Source: Chloroflexota bacterium
GTDB lineage: Bacteria > Chloroflexota > Anaerolineae > UBA4142
Assembly: GCA_037440365.1 (NCBI GenBank)
Contig: JBBIUF010000006.1
Coordinates: 10,134 to 74,133, forward strand
DNA length: 64,000 nucleotides
Direction of reading: 5' to 3'
Below the pieces are notes generated by a model, which was not told where the DNA came from, did no database searches, and worked only from the letters and a program-made list of their open reading frames with translations. Below are positions 27,784-36,923 of the stretch, piece by piece (the stretch's first letter is position 1; the number at the start of each line of letters is the position of its first letter). The position numbers and the translations under genes are program-made.

Positions 27784-29550
27784 ATGCTTGCCGAAATAGA
27801 CATTACCAATTTTGCGATCATCGAGCATTTGCATTTGCAATTCCATCGCGGGTTTAACGTCCTGACCGGCGAAACGGGCGCGGGCAAATCCATCATCATT
27901 GATGCCGTCGGTACCTTGCTCGGCGGACGCGCCCAAGCAGAATTTCTGCGCGCGGGCGCGGACAAGACCCGGGTCGAAGCAACATTCGCGCTCAGCCCAG
28001 TCACCCGCGACAGCCTGTTTCCGATCCTCGACGAAATCGGCATTGAGCATGATGATAGTTCGCTCATCGTCGCGCGCGAAATCAACCGCGAGGGACGCAA
28101 CACCTGCCGCGTGAATGGACGCGCAGTCACGCTCCATGTTTTGCAACGTATCGGCGAGCGGCTGATTGATATTCACGGTCAGAGTGAACACCTATCGCTC
28201 CTGCGCGTGCGCGAACACGTGGATTTTTTGGATCGCTATGGCAATTTGTGGGAACAACGCGCGCGCGTCGCCGAAAAAGTGAAAGCGTTGCGCGCCGCGC
28301 GCTCTGAGATCAAGGGCCTGCTCACCGACGAGCGCGAAATTGCGCGGCGCGTCGATCGGCTGACCTATGTCGTGGACGAAATTCTCGCGGCGGGTTTACA
28401 ACCCGGCGAAGAACAAGCACTCAAGCAAGAACGCGAATTGCTCGGCAACGCGGAATTGCGCGCGAACCTTGCCGACCATGCGTATCACGCACTCTACGGC
28501 GAAGGCGAAGACGAGAAAAGCGCACTCGATTTATTGAGCGATGCATTGCAAGCGATCACCGGCTTGGAAAAGTATGATCCCGCCGTCAAAGAATTGCGCG
28601 ACGAAGCCGAAAGCGCGGCGGCGCAAGCCGACGATTTGGCGCGCGCGCTTCGCAACTATCGCGATGGCGTGGATCACAATCCAGCGCGGCTCGCGCAAAT
28701 TGACGAGCGCACCGACTTGATTTTTCGGCTCAAGCGCAAATACGGCGACACAATTCAAGACATTTTGACTTATGGCGAAAACGCGGCGGCAGAACTCGCG
28801 ACGATTTCGCACAGCGAAGAGCGGCTGGGTGAATTGCGTGCGCAAGAAACGCAACTCCTCACAGCGATCGCCAAACTTGCCGGTGAATTATCGCGCGCGC
28901 GCAAGAGCGCAGGCGAGAAGCTTGCGCGCGAAATCGAAACGCAATTGCAAGACCTGGGTATGGCGAAAGCCAAATTCGGCGTTGCGCTTGAACGCGCCGA
29001 TGATCCCAACGGCGTTGACGATGCCGAACGCGGCAAGCGCGTGGCAGTGGATGCCACCGGCATTGATCGCGTCGAGTTTATGGTGTCGCCGAATCCGGGC
29101 GAGCCGTTAAAGCCACTGGCAAAAATCGCGTCGGGCGGCGAAACTTCGCGCTTGATGCTCGCAATGAAGTCTGTCCTCGCCGTCGCGGATAACACGCCCA
29201 CGCTCATCTTTGACGAAATCGATCAAGGGATTGGCGGGCGCACCGGCGGCATCGTGGGCAACAAATTGTGGGCGCTGACACCAACCGCGCATCAAACCAA
29301 CCAAGCGCCCCAGCATCAAGTCATTTGCATCACCCACTTGCCGCAGATCGCCGCGTATGGCGACGCGCACTATAACATTCGCAAAGACATCGTCGGCGAG
29401 CGCACGCTCACGCAGATTCGCCAATTGAGCGAAACCGAACGCATTGACGAAATCGCCAATATGCTTGGCACGGCAACCGCAACAACCCGGCAGAATGCGG
29501 AGGAGTTGCTGGGCGAAGTGAAAAATCAAAAAAAGAAAATGAGCCAATGA
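27784..29550 (+). CDS. recN: DNA repair protein RecN
   Basis: 588 aa. The N-terminus is MLAEIDITNFAIIEHLHLQFHRGFNVLTGETGAGKSIIIDAVG. It has a long coiled coil and a C-terminal ASGGETSRLMLA...LIFDEIDQGIGG. Confidence 0.93.
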   Translation: MLAEIDITNFAIIEHLHLQFHRGFNVLTGETGAGKSIIIDAVGTLLGGRAQAEFLRAGADKTRVEATFALSPVTRDSLFPILDEIGIEHDDSSLIVAREINREGRNTCRVNGRAVTLHVLQRIGERLIDIHGQSEHLSLLRVREHVDFLDRYGNLWEQRARVAEKVKALRAARSEIKGLLTDEREIARRVDRLTYVVDEILAAGLQPGEEQALKQERELLGNAELRANLADHAYHALYGEGEDEKSALDLLSDALQAITGLEKYDPAVKELRDEAESAAAQADDLARALRNYRDGVDHNPARLAQIDERTDLIFRLKRKYGDTIQDILTYGENAAAELATISHSEERLGELRAQETQLLTAIAKLAGELSRARKSAGEKLAREIETQLQDLGMAKAKFGVALERADDPNGVDDAERGKRVAVDATGIDRVEFMVSPNPGEPLKPLAKIASGGETSRLMLAMKSVLAVADNTPTLIFDEIDQGIGGRTGGIVGNKLWALTPTAHQTNQAPQHQVICITHLPQIAAYGDAHYNIRKDIVGERTLTQIRQLSETERIDEIANMLGTATATTRQNAEELLGEVKNQKKKMSQ

Positions 29551-29596
29551 GCCAATCCATTTGGCTCACACCTGCACTTGCGTGCGGTGCAAGTGT
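29549..29596. repeat. Two-hairpin repeat unit, copy 1 (just after the recN stop)
   Basis: Hairpin 1 is GAGCCAA-tccat-TTGGCTC (29549-29567). Hairpin 2 is CACTTGC-gtgcggt-GCAAGTG, inside the 22-mer CACTTGCGTGCGGTGCAAGTGT (29575-29596). That 22-mer recurs identically at 31576-31597. Confidence 0.8.
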
Positions 29597-29636
29597 TGGA
29601 AATTGAATAATTGACTCTTGCAACAACGGAGGTCTC

Positions 29637-30515
29637 ATGGACGGCTTGATTCAATGGGGATTACAAATCGTTCAATGGATTCAAACTTTTCGTAATCCTT
29701 TGCTCGACCCGATCATGGGGACAACGTATTACCTCGGCGCGGAAGATTTTTTCATCCTCTTTCTTCCGCTCATTTTTTGGTGCGTCCGCAAGTCACTCGG
29801 CATCCGGCTGAGTTTCGTCTTGATTTTTTCCAACTATGTGAATCTAGTCAGTAAAGATTTTTTTGCCGCGCCGCGTCCCTGGCAAACGGAGGGCAAACTC
29901 TACGCGCCGTTCAAGACGGAGGGCTTTGGCCTGCCGAGCGGTCATTCGCAAGGCGCGGTGACATTCTGGGGCTATCTCGCCACGCAGATGAAAACGCGCG
30001 GCTGGTGGGTGCTGGCAATTTTCATGTCGCTCTTTATCGGCATTGGGCGAATGTACGTCGGCGATCATTTTCCGCAAGATGTTCTGCTCGGCTGGACACT
30101 CGGCATTGTGATCGTCGCCGCGTATGCGTGGATTCAACCGCGCGTCGGTGCGTGGATTGGCAAACAATCGTTAGCGATGCAAATCGGTTTAGCGATTGTT
30201 GTGCCACTGCTCTTCATCGCCTTGCACCCAACCAGCGACGCGGTAAAATCAATGGGCGTGATCCTGGGCATGTTTGCGTTCTTGCCCATCGAAGAAAAAT
30301 ACGTTCGCTTTGACGAACACGCCACGTGGTTGAAGCAAATTCTCAAATTCGCGATTGGCGCGGCGGTAATTATGGCGTTGCGCTTGGGGCTGAAAGCGAT
30401 CTTGCCCGAGCAAATGATCTTTGATCTGATTCGGTACGCCGCGATGGGCGCATGGGCAGTCCTCGGCGCGCCGTGGGTGTTTGTGAAAACCAAGTTGGCG
30501 GCGAGCAGTCAATAG
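29637..30515 (+). CDS. PAP2 superfamily phosphatase (membrane)
   Basis: 292 aa with the three PAP2 motifs KDFFAAPRP, PSGHS and GRMYVGDHFPQDV. Confidence 0.85.
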   Translation: MDGLIQWGLQIVQWIQTFRNPLLDPIMGTTYYLGAEDFFILFLPLIFWCVRKSLGIRLSFVLIFSNYVNLVSKDFFAAPRPWQTEGKLYAPFKTEGFGLPSGHSQGAVTFWGYLATQMKTRGWWVLAIFMSLFIGIGRMYVGDHFPQDVLLGWTLGIVIVAAYAWIQPRVGAWIGKQSLAMQIGLAIVVPLLFIALHPTSDAVKSMGVILGMFAFLPIEEKYVRFDEHATWLKQILKFAIGAAVIMALRLGLKAILPEQMIFDLIRYAAMGAWAVLGAPWVFVKTKLAASSQ

Positions 30516-30932
30516 TTATTTGACTATCTACTCGGTTTATCCCAACTCTTTGTCAAGACGATCAAGGCAAACCCAGATCGTGAAACCATTTGCTTGAAAC
30601 GAAGGCAAGAATCGTCAACTACAAACTGATCGCGGTGCCGCGTTTGAAAAAGCGATCGCCGCCATTAGTTGATCCGAGCCGAATTTACGCTCGTCGGCGC
30701 GGATGGTAATTCCGTTGGAATGCTAACAGGTAACGAGATACACGCGCGTTATGCCGTTGATGCCGCCAAGCCAATGGAATTTTCCATCGCCGTACCCGCC
30801 GACACTATCGCGGCAGGCAAAATCGTGCAAGCATACAAAGCGTACTATGGAATAACGTAGGGGCATGGTCATCCCGCCAGGCAACATGGCGACATGACAT
30901 CGTTTCTATCCGCCCGTCGCTCACACAAAAAA

Positions 30933-30958
30933 GCAGAGCAACCGTCCCAGGTCTCTGC
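30933..30958. terminator. Terminator hairpin downstream of mvk (T-runs on both strands)
   Basis: GCAGAG (30933-30938) pairs with CTCTGC (30953-30958). It is preceded by ACAAAAAA (TTTTTTGT on the minus strand) and followed by CTTTTGCTTTCTTT. Confidence 0.5.
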
Positions 30959-31000
30959 CTTTTGCTTTCTTTAGATTACCCGAACTGCGGCGAGCGTTCG

Positions 31001-31981
31001 CTACTGTCTCCCGCCCACCATCGTCACAATCACGCGCTTTGCGCCTGCCTTCAGCAACGCACGCACTACTGCGTCTTGGGTAACCTCAGTCACCAATGCA
31101 ATCATATTACCGCCGCGCCCGCCGCCGGACAATTTCGCACCCAACGCGCCTGCGCCTAACGCCGCATCCACCAAGCGTTGAATCTCTAACGACGAGACAC
31201 CCATCGTCGCCAGCAAAATTTGGTTCGCGGTCATCAGCCCGCCAAGTCCCTCGATCGCGCCCTGCTCGATCAGCACGCGCGCATTGTGCGCCAGCGTGCC
31301 AACGTTGTCAAACAATTTTTCAAATAATTCCCGATCCGCTTCCCATTGACTGCGCACATCGCCGACCGCAATTTTTGTCGGTGCGGCAATCCCCGTGTCC
31401 GCGATCGCCAGCGTGAACGGCTTGGCAACGCGAAAAGATTCGATTGGCTTGCCGCGCACAAAATAAACCGGCTGTTCAAACGCAATCACAGTATTATCAA
31501 TGCCGCTTGGCGTGCCGTGATGCAGTTTCTCAACCTCGTATGCCAAATCAGAAATATCTGCATTTGGCATACCAACACTTGCGTGCGGTGCAAGTGTGAC
31601 AGACGCAAAATATTTCCCCAGCGCGCGCGCCACCGCCACCGATACCGCCGCGCCGCTTCCCAACCCACTCGCGACCGGGATCGTTGAACGAATCCGCACT
31701 GTAAATTTTTCCGGTGGCACGCCCAATCGCGCGCACGTCAAACGAATGATCGTCGCCAACGGATCGTCGGCAGGCGCATCGCGCAACGTACTCATCCGCG
31801 CAATGTCCGGCGCATCAATCACCACCGCATCATCAGCGCGCGATTCGATCGTTGCGCTTGCGCGCACTTGGATCACCGGCACGGCAATCGCCGGTCGTCC
31901 ATAAACAACCGCGTGTTCGCCGAACAGAATAATTTTACCGGGCGCGTCTGCGGTTACCGTAAAGCGTGAGTTGTCTGGCAT
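31001..31981 (-). CDS. mvk: Mevalonate kinase (GHMP kinase family)
   Basis: Start chosen at MPDNSRFTV (31981) to avoid overlap with the divergent gene. It has GKIILFGEHAVVYGRPAIAVPV, the GHMP motif PVASGLGSGAAVSVA, and HGTPSGIDN. Confidence 0.85.
   Translation of the reverse strand: MPDNSRFTVTADAPGKIILFGEHAVVYGRPAIAVPVIQVRASATIESRADDAVVIDAPDIARMSTLRDAPADDPLATIIRLTCARLGVPPEKFTVRIRSTIPVASGLGSGAAVSVAVARALGKYFASVTLAPHASVGMPNADISDLAYEVEKLHHGTPSGIDNTVIAFEQPVYFVRGKPIESFRVAKPFTLAIADTGIAAPTKIAVGDVRSQWEADRELFEKLFDNVGTLAHNARVLIEQGAIEGLGGLMTANQILLATMGVSSLEIQRLVDAALGAGALGAKLSGGGRGGNMIALVTEVTQDAVVRALLKAGAKRVIVTMVGGRQ
31540..31597. repeat. Two-hairpin repeat unit, copy 2 (inside the mvk coding sequence)
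   Basis: Hairpin 1 is ATGCCAAAT-13 nt-ATTTGGCAT (31540-31570). It is followed by the identical 22-mer CACTTGCGTGCGGTGCAAGTGT (31576-31597). CATTTGGC is also shared with copy 1. Confidence 0.8.
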
Positions 31982-32013
31982 TTGTGTTATAATTGCGAAA
32001 AGGGGTGTGTGCG

Positions 32014-33339
32014 ATGAATTCAGAAATCGCATTATTGATCTTGCAACTGCTCGCCGTTGCCGTACTCTTGTTCCTCAATGGCTTTTTCGTGTCCGTCGAA
32101 TTTGCCTATGTCACCGTGCCGCGCCCGCGCATCGATCAGCTGACTGCCAAAGGCAATGCGAATGCCGCGTTGGTGCAACACTTGCTCGCCGACACGGATC
32201 GCGTGCTTGCCGCGTCACAGATCGGCATTACGATGGCGTCGCTGGGCATTGGCTGGGTCGGCGAAAGCGCGGCGAATAATCTCATTCGCTTTATGTTTCA
32301 AGCGCTCTTTCACATTGATTTTGACGGCACCATTTTTCACGGCATCGGCTTGGTGTTCGCCTTTGCATTGATCACTCTGCTCCACGTCGTCATCGGCGAA
32401 CAAGTGCCTAAAACCGTAGCCATTCGCGCGGCGGATCATTTCGCCCTGGTATCGGCGCGGATTGTTGCCGCAATTGATTTTGCATTGCGTCCGTTCGTCG
32501 TCTTGCTCGACAATGCAACTGGCGCTGTGCTCCAATTGCTCGGCGTGAAATCGCTGGGCGCGCATCATGTCATTTATAGCGTAGACGAATTAAAGCAACT
32601 GGTCGCCGAAACCCAGCAAAGCGGCGAACTCGAGCCGCGCGAAAAAGAAATGCTCCACAATGTATTCGAGTTTGAAGACAAGCTGGTGCGCGAAGTGATG
32701 ATTCCGCGTCCTGAAATCGCCGCTGTTGCCGAGGATACCACCATCGCCGACTTTTTGCAAACATTTCGCGACGCAAGCCACGCGCGCTTTCCAATTTACG
32801 CTGGGACAATTGATAACATTACCGGTTTGATCGTCATCAAAGATGTTTTGCGCGCTATCGCCACCCAGGGCGCGCCCGCGCTCGATCAACCCGTGCGCAC
32901 CCTCGCGCGCCCCGCGATCTTTGTGCCGGAATCGAAACGCATCGGGCATTTGTTTACCGAGATGCAAGCGCAGAAAATTCAACTCGCGATTGTCATTGAC
33001 GAATTCGGCGGGACGGCTGGCATGGCACCGCTGGAAGAATTGCTCGAAGAAATCGTCGGGCGTTTGAGTGATGAGCTGACACACGAACCGCCCCAGATGC
33101 AAACAATTGACGAGCGGACGACCCAGATTGACGCGCAACTGCGCGTTGAAGAAGTAAACGAACAATTGCACCTGCATTTGCCAGAAGGCGCGGATTATGA
33201 AACGATTGCCGGCTTGGTGCTGTATGTGTTGCGCCACATTCCTACAGAAGGCGAGTATGTACAAATGGACGACATGCGTTTAACCATCACGCGCATGGCA
33301 GGACCCAAGATTGAAAAAATTCTCATCACCCGCTTGTAA
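32014..33339 (+). CDS. CNNM/CorC-HlyC family protein (DUF21 TM domain + CBS pair + CorC_HlyC)
   Basis: Start chosen at MNSEIALLIL. It has 4 TM helices, then EKEMLHNVFEFEDKLVREVMIPR (entry to the CBS pair), and a C-terminal transporter-associated domain. Confidence 0.85.
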   Translation: MNSEIALLILQLLAVAVLLFLNGFFVSVEFAYVTVPRPRIDQLTAKGNANAALVQHLLADTDRVLAASQIGITMASLGIGWVGESAANNLIRFMFQALFHIDFDGTIFHGIGLVFAFALITLLHVVIGEQVPKTVAIRAADHFALVSARIVAAIDFALRPFVVLLDNATGAVLQLLGVKSLGAHHVIYSVDELKQLVAETQQSGELEPREKEMLHNVFEFEDKLVREVMIPRPEIAAVAEDTTIADFLQTFRDASHARFPIYAGTIDNITGLIVIKDVLRAIATQGAPALDQPVRTLARPAIFVPESKRIGHLFTEMQAQKIQLAIVIDEFGGTAGMAPLEELLEEIVGRLSDELTHEPPQMQTIDERTTQIDAQLRVEEVNEQLHLHLPEGADYETIAGLVLYVLRHIPTEGEYVQMDDMRLTITRMAGPKIEKILITRL

Positions 33340-33350
33340 CGGAGAAACCG

Positions 33351-35684
33351 ATGCCTCAAGAACCGGAAAAGACCCCCAAAGTTCTCGCGCTGTATCTTGA
33401 ACTTTCGCAATATCCCATTCTTGCGCCGACGATTCGCGCGCGCATGCGGCAAGAACTTTTTTCGCGCGGCGTCATTGCCCGCGCCGCATTCGAAGCCGAA
33501 GCGGAGGACAAGGCGCGGCGCTCGCAAGAACTCGAAGGACTCGTTGACCCCATCGCGCAAGAATCCGCCGAGGTGTGGGAACGCCGCGTGCAACAAACGC
33601 GCGACAATCTCACCGAATTTTATTTTGCCTATAACTTGTCACACGATATCTTTAAAGAGATCGTGCAATCGGTCGTCGCACAACGCAACCCCAATCAAAA
33701 AGTGATCCTGGCGTTCAACCCAGAACTCGCGCCGATTGACATGGTCTTGGCGCAAGGTGAACAATACGAAGCCTTGCCGCCCGCCGAACGCCAATTGGTC
33801 CACCACCACTTGCGCGAAACCATCGTGGTGCTGACCAAAGCCATCATCAGCGATCAACTCTCCTTTATTCGCGTCGCCAAAGAATGGTTCACGGTTGCCG
33901 ATATCCGCGAAATTCGCGCGCGCAAAATCGGCGAAGGGAAAATCGGCGGCAAAGCGGCGGGCATGTTGCTGGCGTGGAAAATTCTCCAACAGCAAGCCAC
34001 CGATGAAGGCATTGACGTTGCCGCGCATATCGCCCTACCCGATTCGTACTATATCGGCGCGAATGTGCTGTATGATTTTAATTTGCAAAATGGTTTATGG
34101 TTCTCGGTCGATCAAAAATATAAATCGCGCGAAGAAATCATCGAAGATTATCCCGAGATCCATCAAGCCTACCTTGCCGCGCACTTTCCCGAAGATATCA
34201 CAGCGCAATTGCGCGAATTGCTGGCGCGGCTAGGCAACCAACCGATCATCGTGCGCTCGTCGAGTTTGCTCGAAGACAGTTTCGGCACGTCGTTCGCGGG
34301 CAAGTACGATAGTTTCTTTTGCGCGAATCAAGGCACGCTGGATGAAAATCTTACCGCGCTGATCCACGCGATCAAATCCGTTTACGCCTGCGTGCTCACG
34401 CCCGATGCGCTCGAATATCGGCGGCGCATGGGCTTGCTGGACTATGACGAACGCATGGCAATTTTGCTTCAAACTGTGCAAGGCAATCAACATGGTCAAT
34501 ATCTATACCCCACGCTCGCGGGCGTTGGCTATAGCCATAATCCCTTCCGTTGGAATCCACAAATTCGGCGCGAAGATGGTTTCGTGCGCCTTGTCTGGGG
34601 CCTTGGCACACGCGCCGTCGAACGGGTCGGCAGTGATTTTCCGCGCATGGTTGCGCTCAGTCACCCCAACCTGCGTCCCGAATCTAGCGCAAATGAAATT
34701 CGCCGCCACTCGCAACGGTATGTTGATGTGATCGATCTGAACGCCAACGAATTTACAACCCAGCCACTAGCGTCCGTCATTTCACCCGACGATCCCGCGT
34801 TGCCTTACCTGGTTTCCGAAGACAAGGGCGATTACATTCAACCACTGTTTTCAAATCCCCGGCTGGCACAACCAGAGAACCTTGTTCTCACTTTTGAGAG
34901 TTTGCTTAAAAAGACACGCTTTGTGCCATTGATGAAAACCTTGTTGCAACGTTTGGAAAAAAATTATAATTTCCCGGTGGACATTGAATTTACCGCCGAT
35001 CTCGTGCGCGACGGCACAAATCCGCCGGACGTTCGCGTGCATCTCTTGCAATGCCGACCGCACACGCAATACCAAGTCGTCGGCGAAAAGATCGAACTAC
35101 CGGCCGCCGTACCGCCAGCCGATATATTCATTTACACGCAGAACCGCTTGATCCCGCAAGGCATTGTCCCGCAAATTAGTCACATTGTCTATGTCAGCCC
35201 GGAAAAATATAGCCAAGCCGCAAACCCCACGACCAAGCTTGAACTCGCGCGCGTCGTCGGACGCTTGAACAAAGCACTCGAAGGCAAAACGTTTATCCTG
35301 ATGGGCCCAGGACGCTGGGGTAGCGCCAACGCCGACCTCGGTGTGCGAGTTGGATACGCCGATATTAACAATACACGCGTGTTGGTGGAAATCGCCTTGC
35401 CGCGCGGCGAAGGCATCCCCGATGTTTCCTATGGCACGCACTTTTTCCAAGACCTGGTTGAAGCGCACATTTATCCCTTGCCACTCTTCCCTTCCGAACG
35501 CGGCACCGTGTTCAACCGCGCGTTCATCCTGAATGCGCCAAACCAACTCGCCGTATTTTCACCCAACGATACCGCCTACGCCGATTACGTGCGCGTGGTT
35601 GATATCCCTGCGGTCATGCAAGGCCGCCATCTCGAAATGATCATGGACGAAGACAAGAGCGAAGCACTCGCCTATTTCAAATAA
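33351..35684 (+). CDS. PEP/pyruvate-binding (PPDK_N ATP-grasp-like) domain protein
   Basis: 777 aa with GGKAAGMLLA and IIVRSSSLLEDSFGTSFAGKYDSF, typical of pyruvate phosphate dikinase or PEP synthase nucleotide-binding domains. I cannot find a phosphohistidine swivel motif by eye. Confidence 0.7.
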   Translation: MPQEPEKTPKVLALYLELSQYPILAPTIRARMRQELFSRGVIARAAFEAEAEDKARRSQELEGLVDPIAQESAEVWERRVQQTRDNLTEFYFAYNLSHDIFKEIVQSVVAQRNPNQKVILAFNPELAPIDMVLAQGEQYEALPPAERQLVHHHLRETIVVLTKAIISDQLSFIRVAKEWFTVADIREIRARKIGEGKIGGKAAGMLLAWKILQQQATDEGIDVAAHIALPDSYYIGANVLYDFNLQNGLWFSVDQKYKSREEIIEDYPEIHQAYLAAHFPEDITAQLRELLARLGNQPIIVRSSSLLEDSFGTSFAGKYDSFFCANQGTLDENLTALIHAIKSVYACVLTPDALEYRRRMGLLDYDERMAILLQTVQGNQHGQYLYPTLAGVGYSHNPFRWNPQIRREDGFVRLVWGLGTRAVERVGSDFPRMVALSHPNLRPESSANEIRRHSQRYVDVIDLNANEFTTQPLASVISPDDPALPYLVSEDKGDYIQPLFSNPRLAQPENLVLTFESLLKKTRFVPLMKTLLQRLEKNYNFPVDIEFTADLVRDGTNPPDVRVHLLQCRPHTQYQVVGEKIELPAAVPPADIFIYTQNRLIPQGIVPQISHIVYVSPEKYSQAANPTTKLELARVVGRLNKALEGKTFILMGPGRWGSANADLGVRVGYADINNTRVLVEIALPRGEGIPDVSYGTHFFQDLVEAHIYPLPLFPSERGTVFNRAFILNAPNQLAVFSPNDTAYADYVRVVDIPAVMQGRHLEMIMDEDKSEALAYFK

Positions 35685-35686
35685 AA

Positions 35687-35718
35687 AATCAGGGCGACTC
35701 GAGTCGCCCTGATTTTTT
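35687..35718 (+). terminator. Rho-independent terminator
   Basis: AATCAGGGCGACTC pairs with GAGTCGCCCTGATT, a 28-nt perfect palindrome, followed by TTTTTT and preceded by an A-run. Confidence 0.85.
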
Positions 35719-35739
35719 GCTCATGCCTAGATCAATCCC

Positions 35740-36816
35740 GTGCCTTTCTCATTCCCAAATCTCAATCTGCTAGACAGCCGCGAATTTATGCAGACATCCT
35801 CTCGTCGAATCAAACGCCGACAGTTGCTTTATCTCGGTGTGCTTGGACTGGCTGTGTTTCTGCTTCTGCCACACCTGCTCGGCTTTCACCGCGTCCTGAA
35901 CATTCTGCGCGGGGCGCAACCTGTCTATGTCATTCTCAGCTTGCTTGCCGAAGTCTCGCGCTATTTTATCAGCGCCGCGTCAACGCTCATCCTCGCCCGC
36001 TTGTTTGATCGCCGCGTACCGTTTCTACCGATGACCGAAGCGTTCTTTGCCAGTTCTGCGGCGAACCGCATCTTTTCAACTGGCGGCGCGCCCGGTATGC
36101 TCATCCGCTTGCTCTTTCTCGGCAAGCACAATGTCTCGGCAGGCGCAGTCGCCACAATCTATCTCATTGAGGATATCGCCGGGTTAGCCGTCGGCAGTAT
36201 CGTCTTCTTTGCCGGCATCTGGACCTTGGCGACGAAACAAACGTCCGCCAACGTTGCCACCAATACCGCTCTGATTGCTTCGTTTGCCTCGCTCGCGCTC
36301 ACTGCCGGTTTGCTTTACGCCTTGCGTTATCGCGCTACCATCGAACGCATCGCGCATTGGCTGGCGCTCAAACTCGACGCTCTTGCCGCGCGAATTACCC
36401 GCCGTCCCTTTTACTCACCCGCGCGCGTGCAACACCTCCTTGATGATTTCTACGCTGGCTTGGCGCTCGCCCGCCGCGCACCGCGCACAGTTGCTCTTGT
36501 TTTTATCCTCAACGTGGTGCGCCATGCCGCCGGGCTCGCTGTGTGGTACTTTGCATTTTTCGCTTTGGGACAAACCATCGCACCCGGCATTCTGATCTTG
36601 ATCTATACGCTGGCAAGTGTGCTCTCCACCACCAGTGCCGTACCTGGCGAGGTCGCGATTATGGGCACTGGCTCTGCCATCCTATTCCTTTCGTTCGGCG
36701 TCTCGCCGGATGCCGCCTTGCTCGCGTTGCTGTTATCCCGCGCCATCGCCTTCTGGCTTCCCCTGCCGATCGGCTTGCTCGCGCTCTGGCGCTTGCGCCG
36801 GCAACACGATTTGTGA
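35740..36816 (+). CDS. Flippase-like / lysylphosphatidylglycerol synthase TM-region family membrane protein (UPF0104)
   Basis: 358 aa from a GTG start; the alternative ATG is at 35788 (MQTSS). It begins RRIKRRQLLYLGVLGLAVFLLLPHLLG and has about 8 TM helices typical of this family. Confidence 0.65.
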   Translation: MPFSFPNLNLLDSREFMQTSSRRIKRRQLLYLGVLGLAVFLLLPHLLGFHRVLNILRGAQPVYVILSLLAEVSRYFISAASTLILARLFDRRVPFLPMTEAFFASSAANRIFSTGGAPGMLIRLLFLGKHNVSAGAVATIYLIEDIAGLAVGSIVFFAGIWTLATKQTSANVATNTALIASFASLALTAGLLYALRYRATIERIAHWLALKLDALAARITRRPFYSPARVQHLLDDFYAGLALARRAPRTVALVFILNVVRHAAGLAVWYFAFFALGQTIAPGILILIYTLASVLSTTSAVPGEVAIMGTGSAILFLSFGVSPDAALLALLLSRAIAFWLPLPIGLLALWRLRRQHDL

Positions 36817-36872
36817 TCCCAGGTCATTGATCCAACACTGGCATTCATCCGCGCGCGTTCAAACAAAAAAAA

Positions 36873-36906
36873 CGGCGGATTTCGCTCGATTATGCGAAAT
36901 CCGCCG
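36873..36906 (-). terminator. Rho-independent terminator ending the minus-strand rha-aor operon
   Basis: CGGCGGATTTCGC pairs with GCGAAATCCGCCG, a 13-bp stem with an 8-nt loop. The A-run at 36864-36872 on the + strand gives the T-run on the minus strand. Confidence 0.8.
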
Positions 36907-36923
36907 CAGGTGTTCTTATGCGC

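Noticed and set aside
30669-30860. 63-aa ORF (TTG start) in the 485-nt gap between the PAP2 gene and mvk.
   Set aside because: It has no RBS and no recognisable motif, and it lies in a region that may be a degraded gene remnant. There is not enough support to call a CDS. BLASTX on 30516-31000 would settle it.
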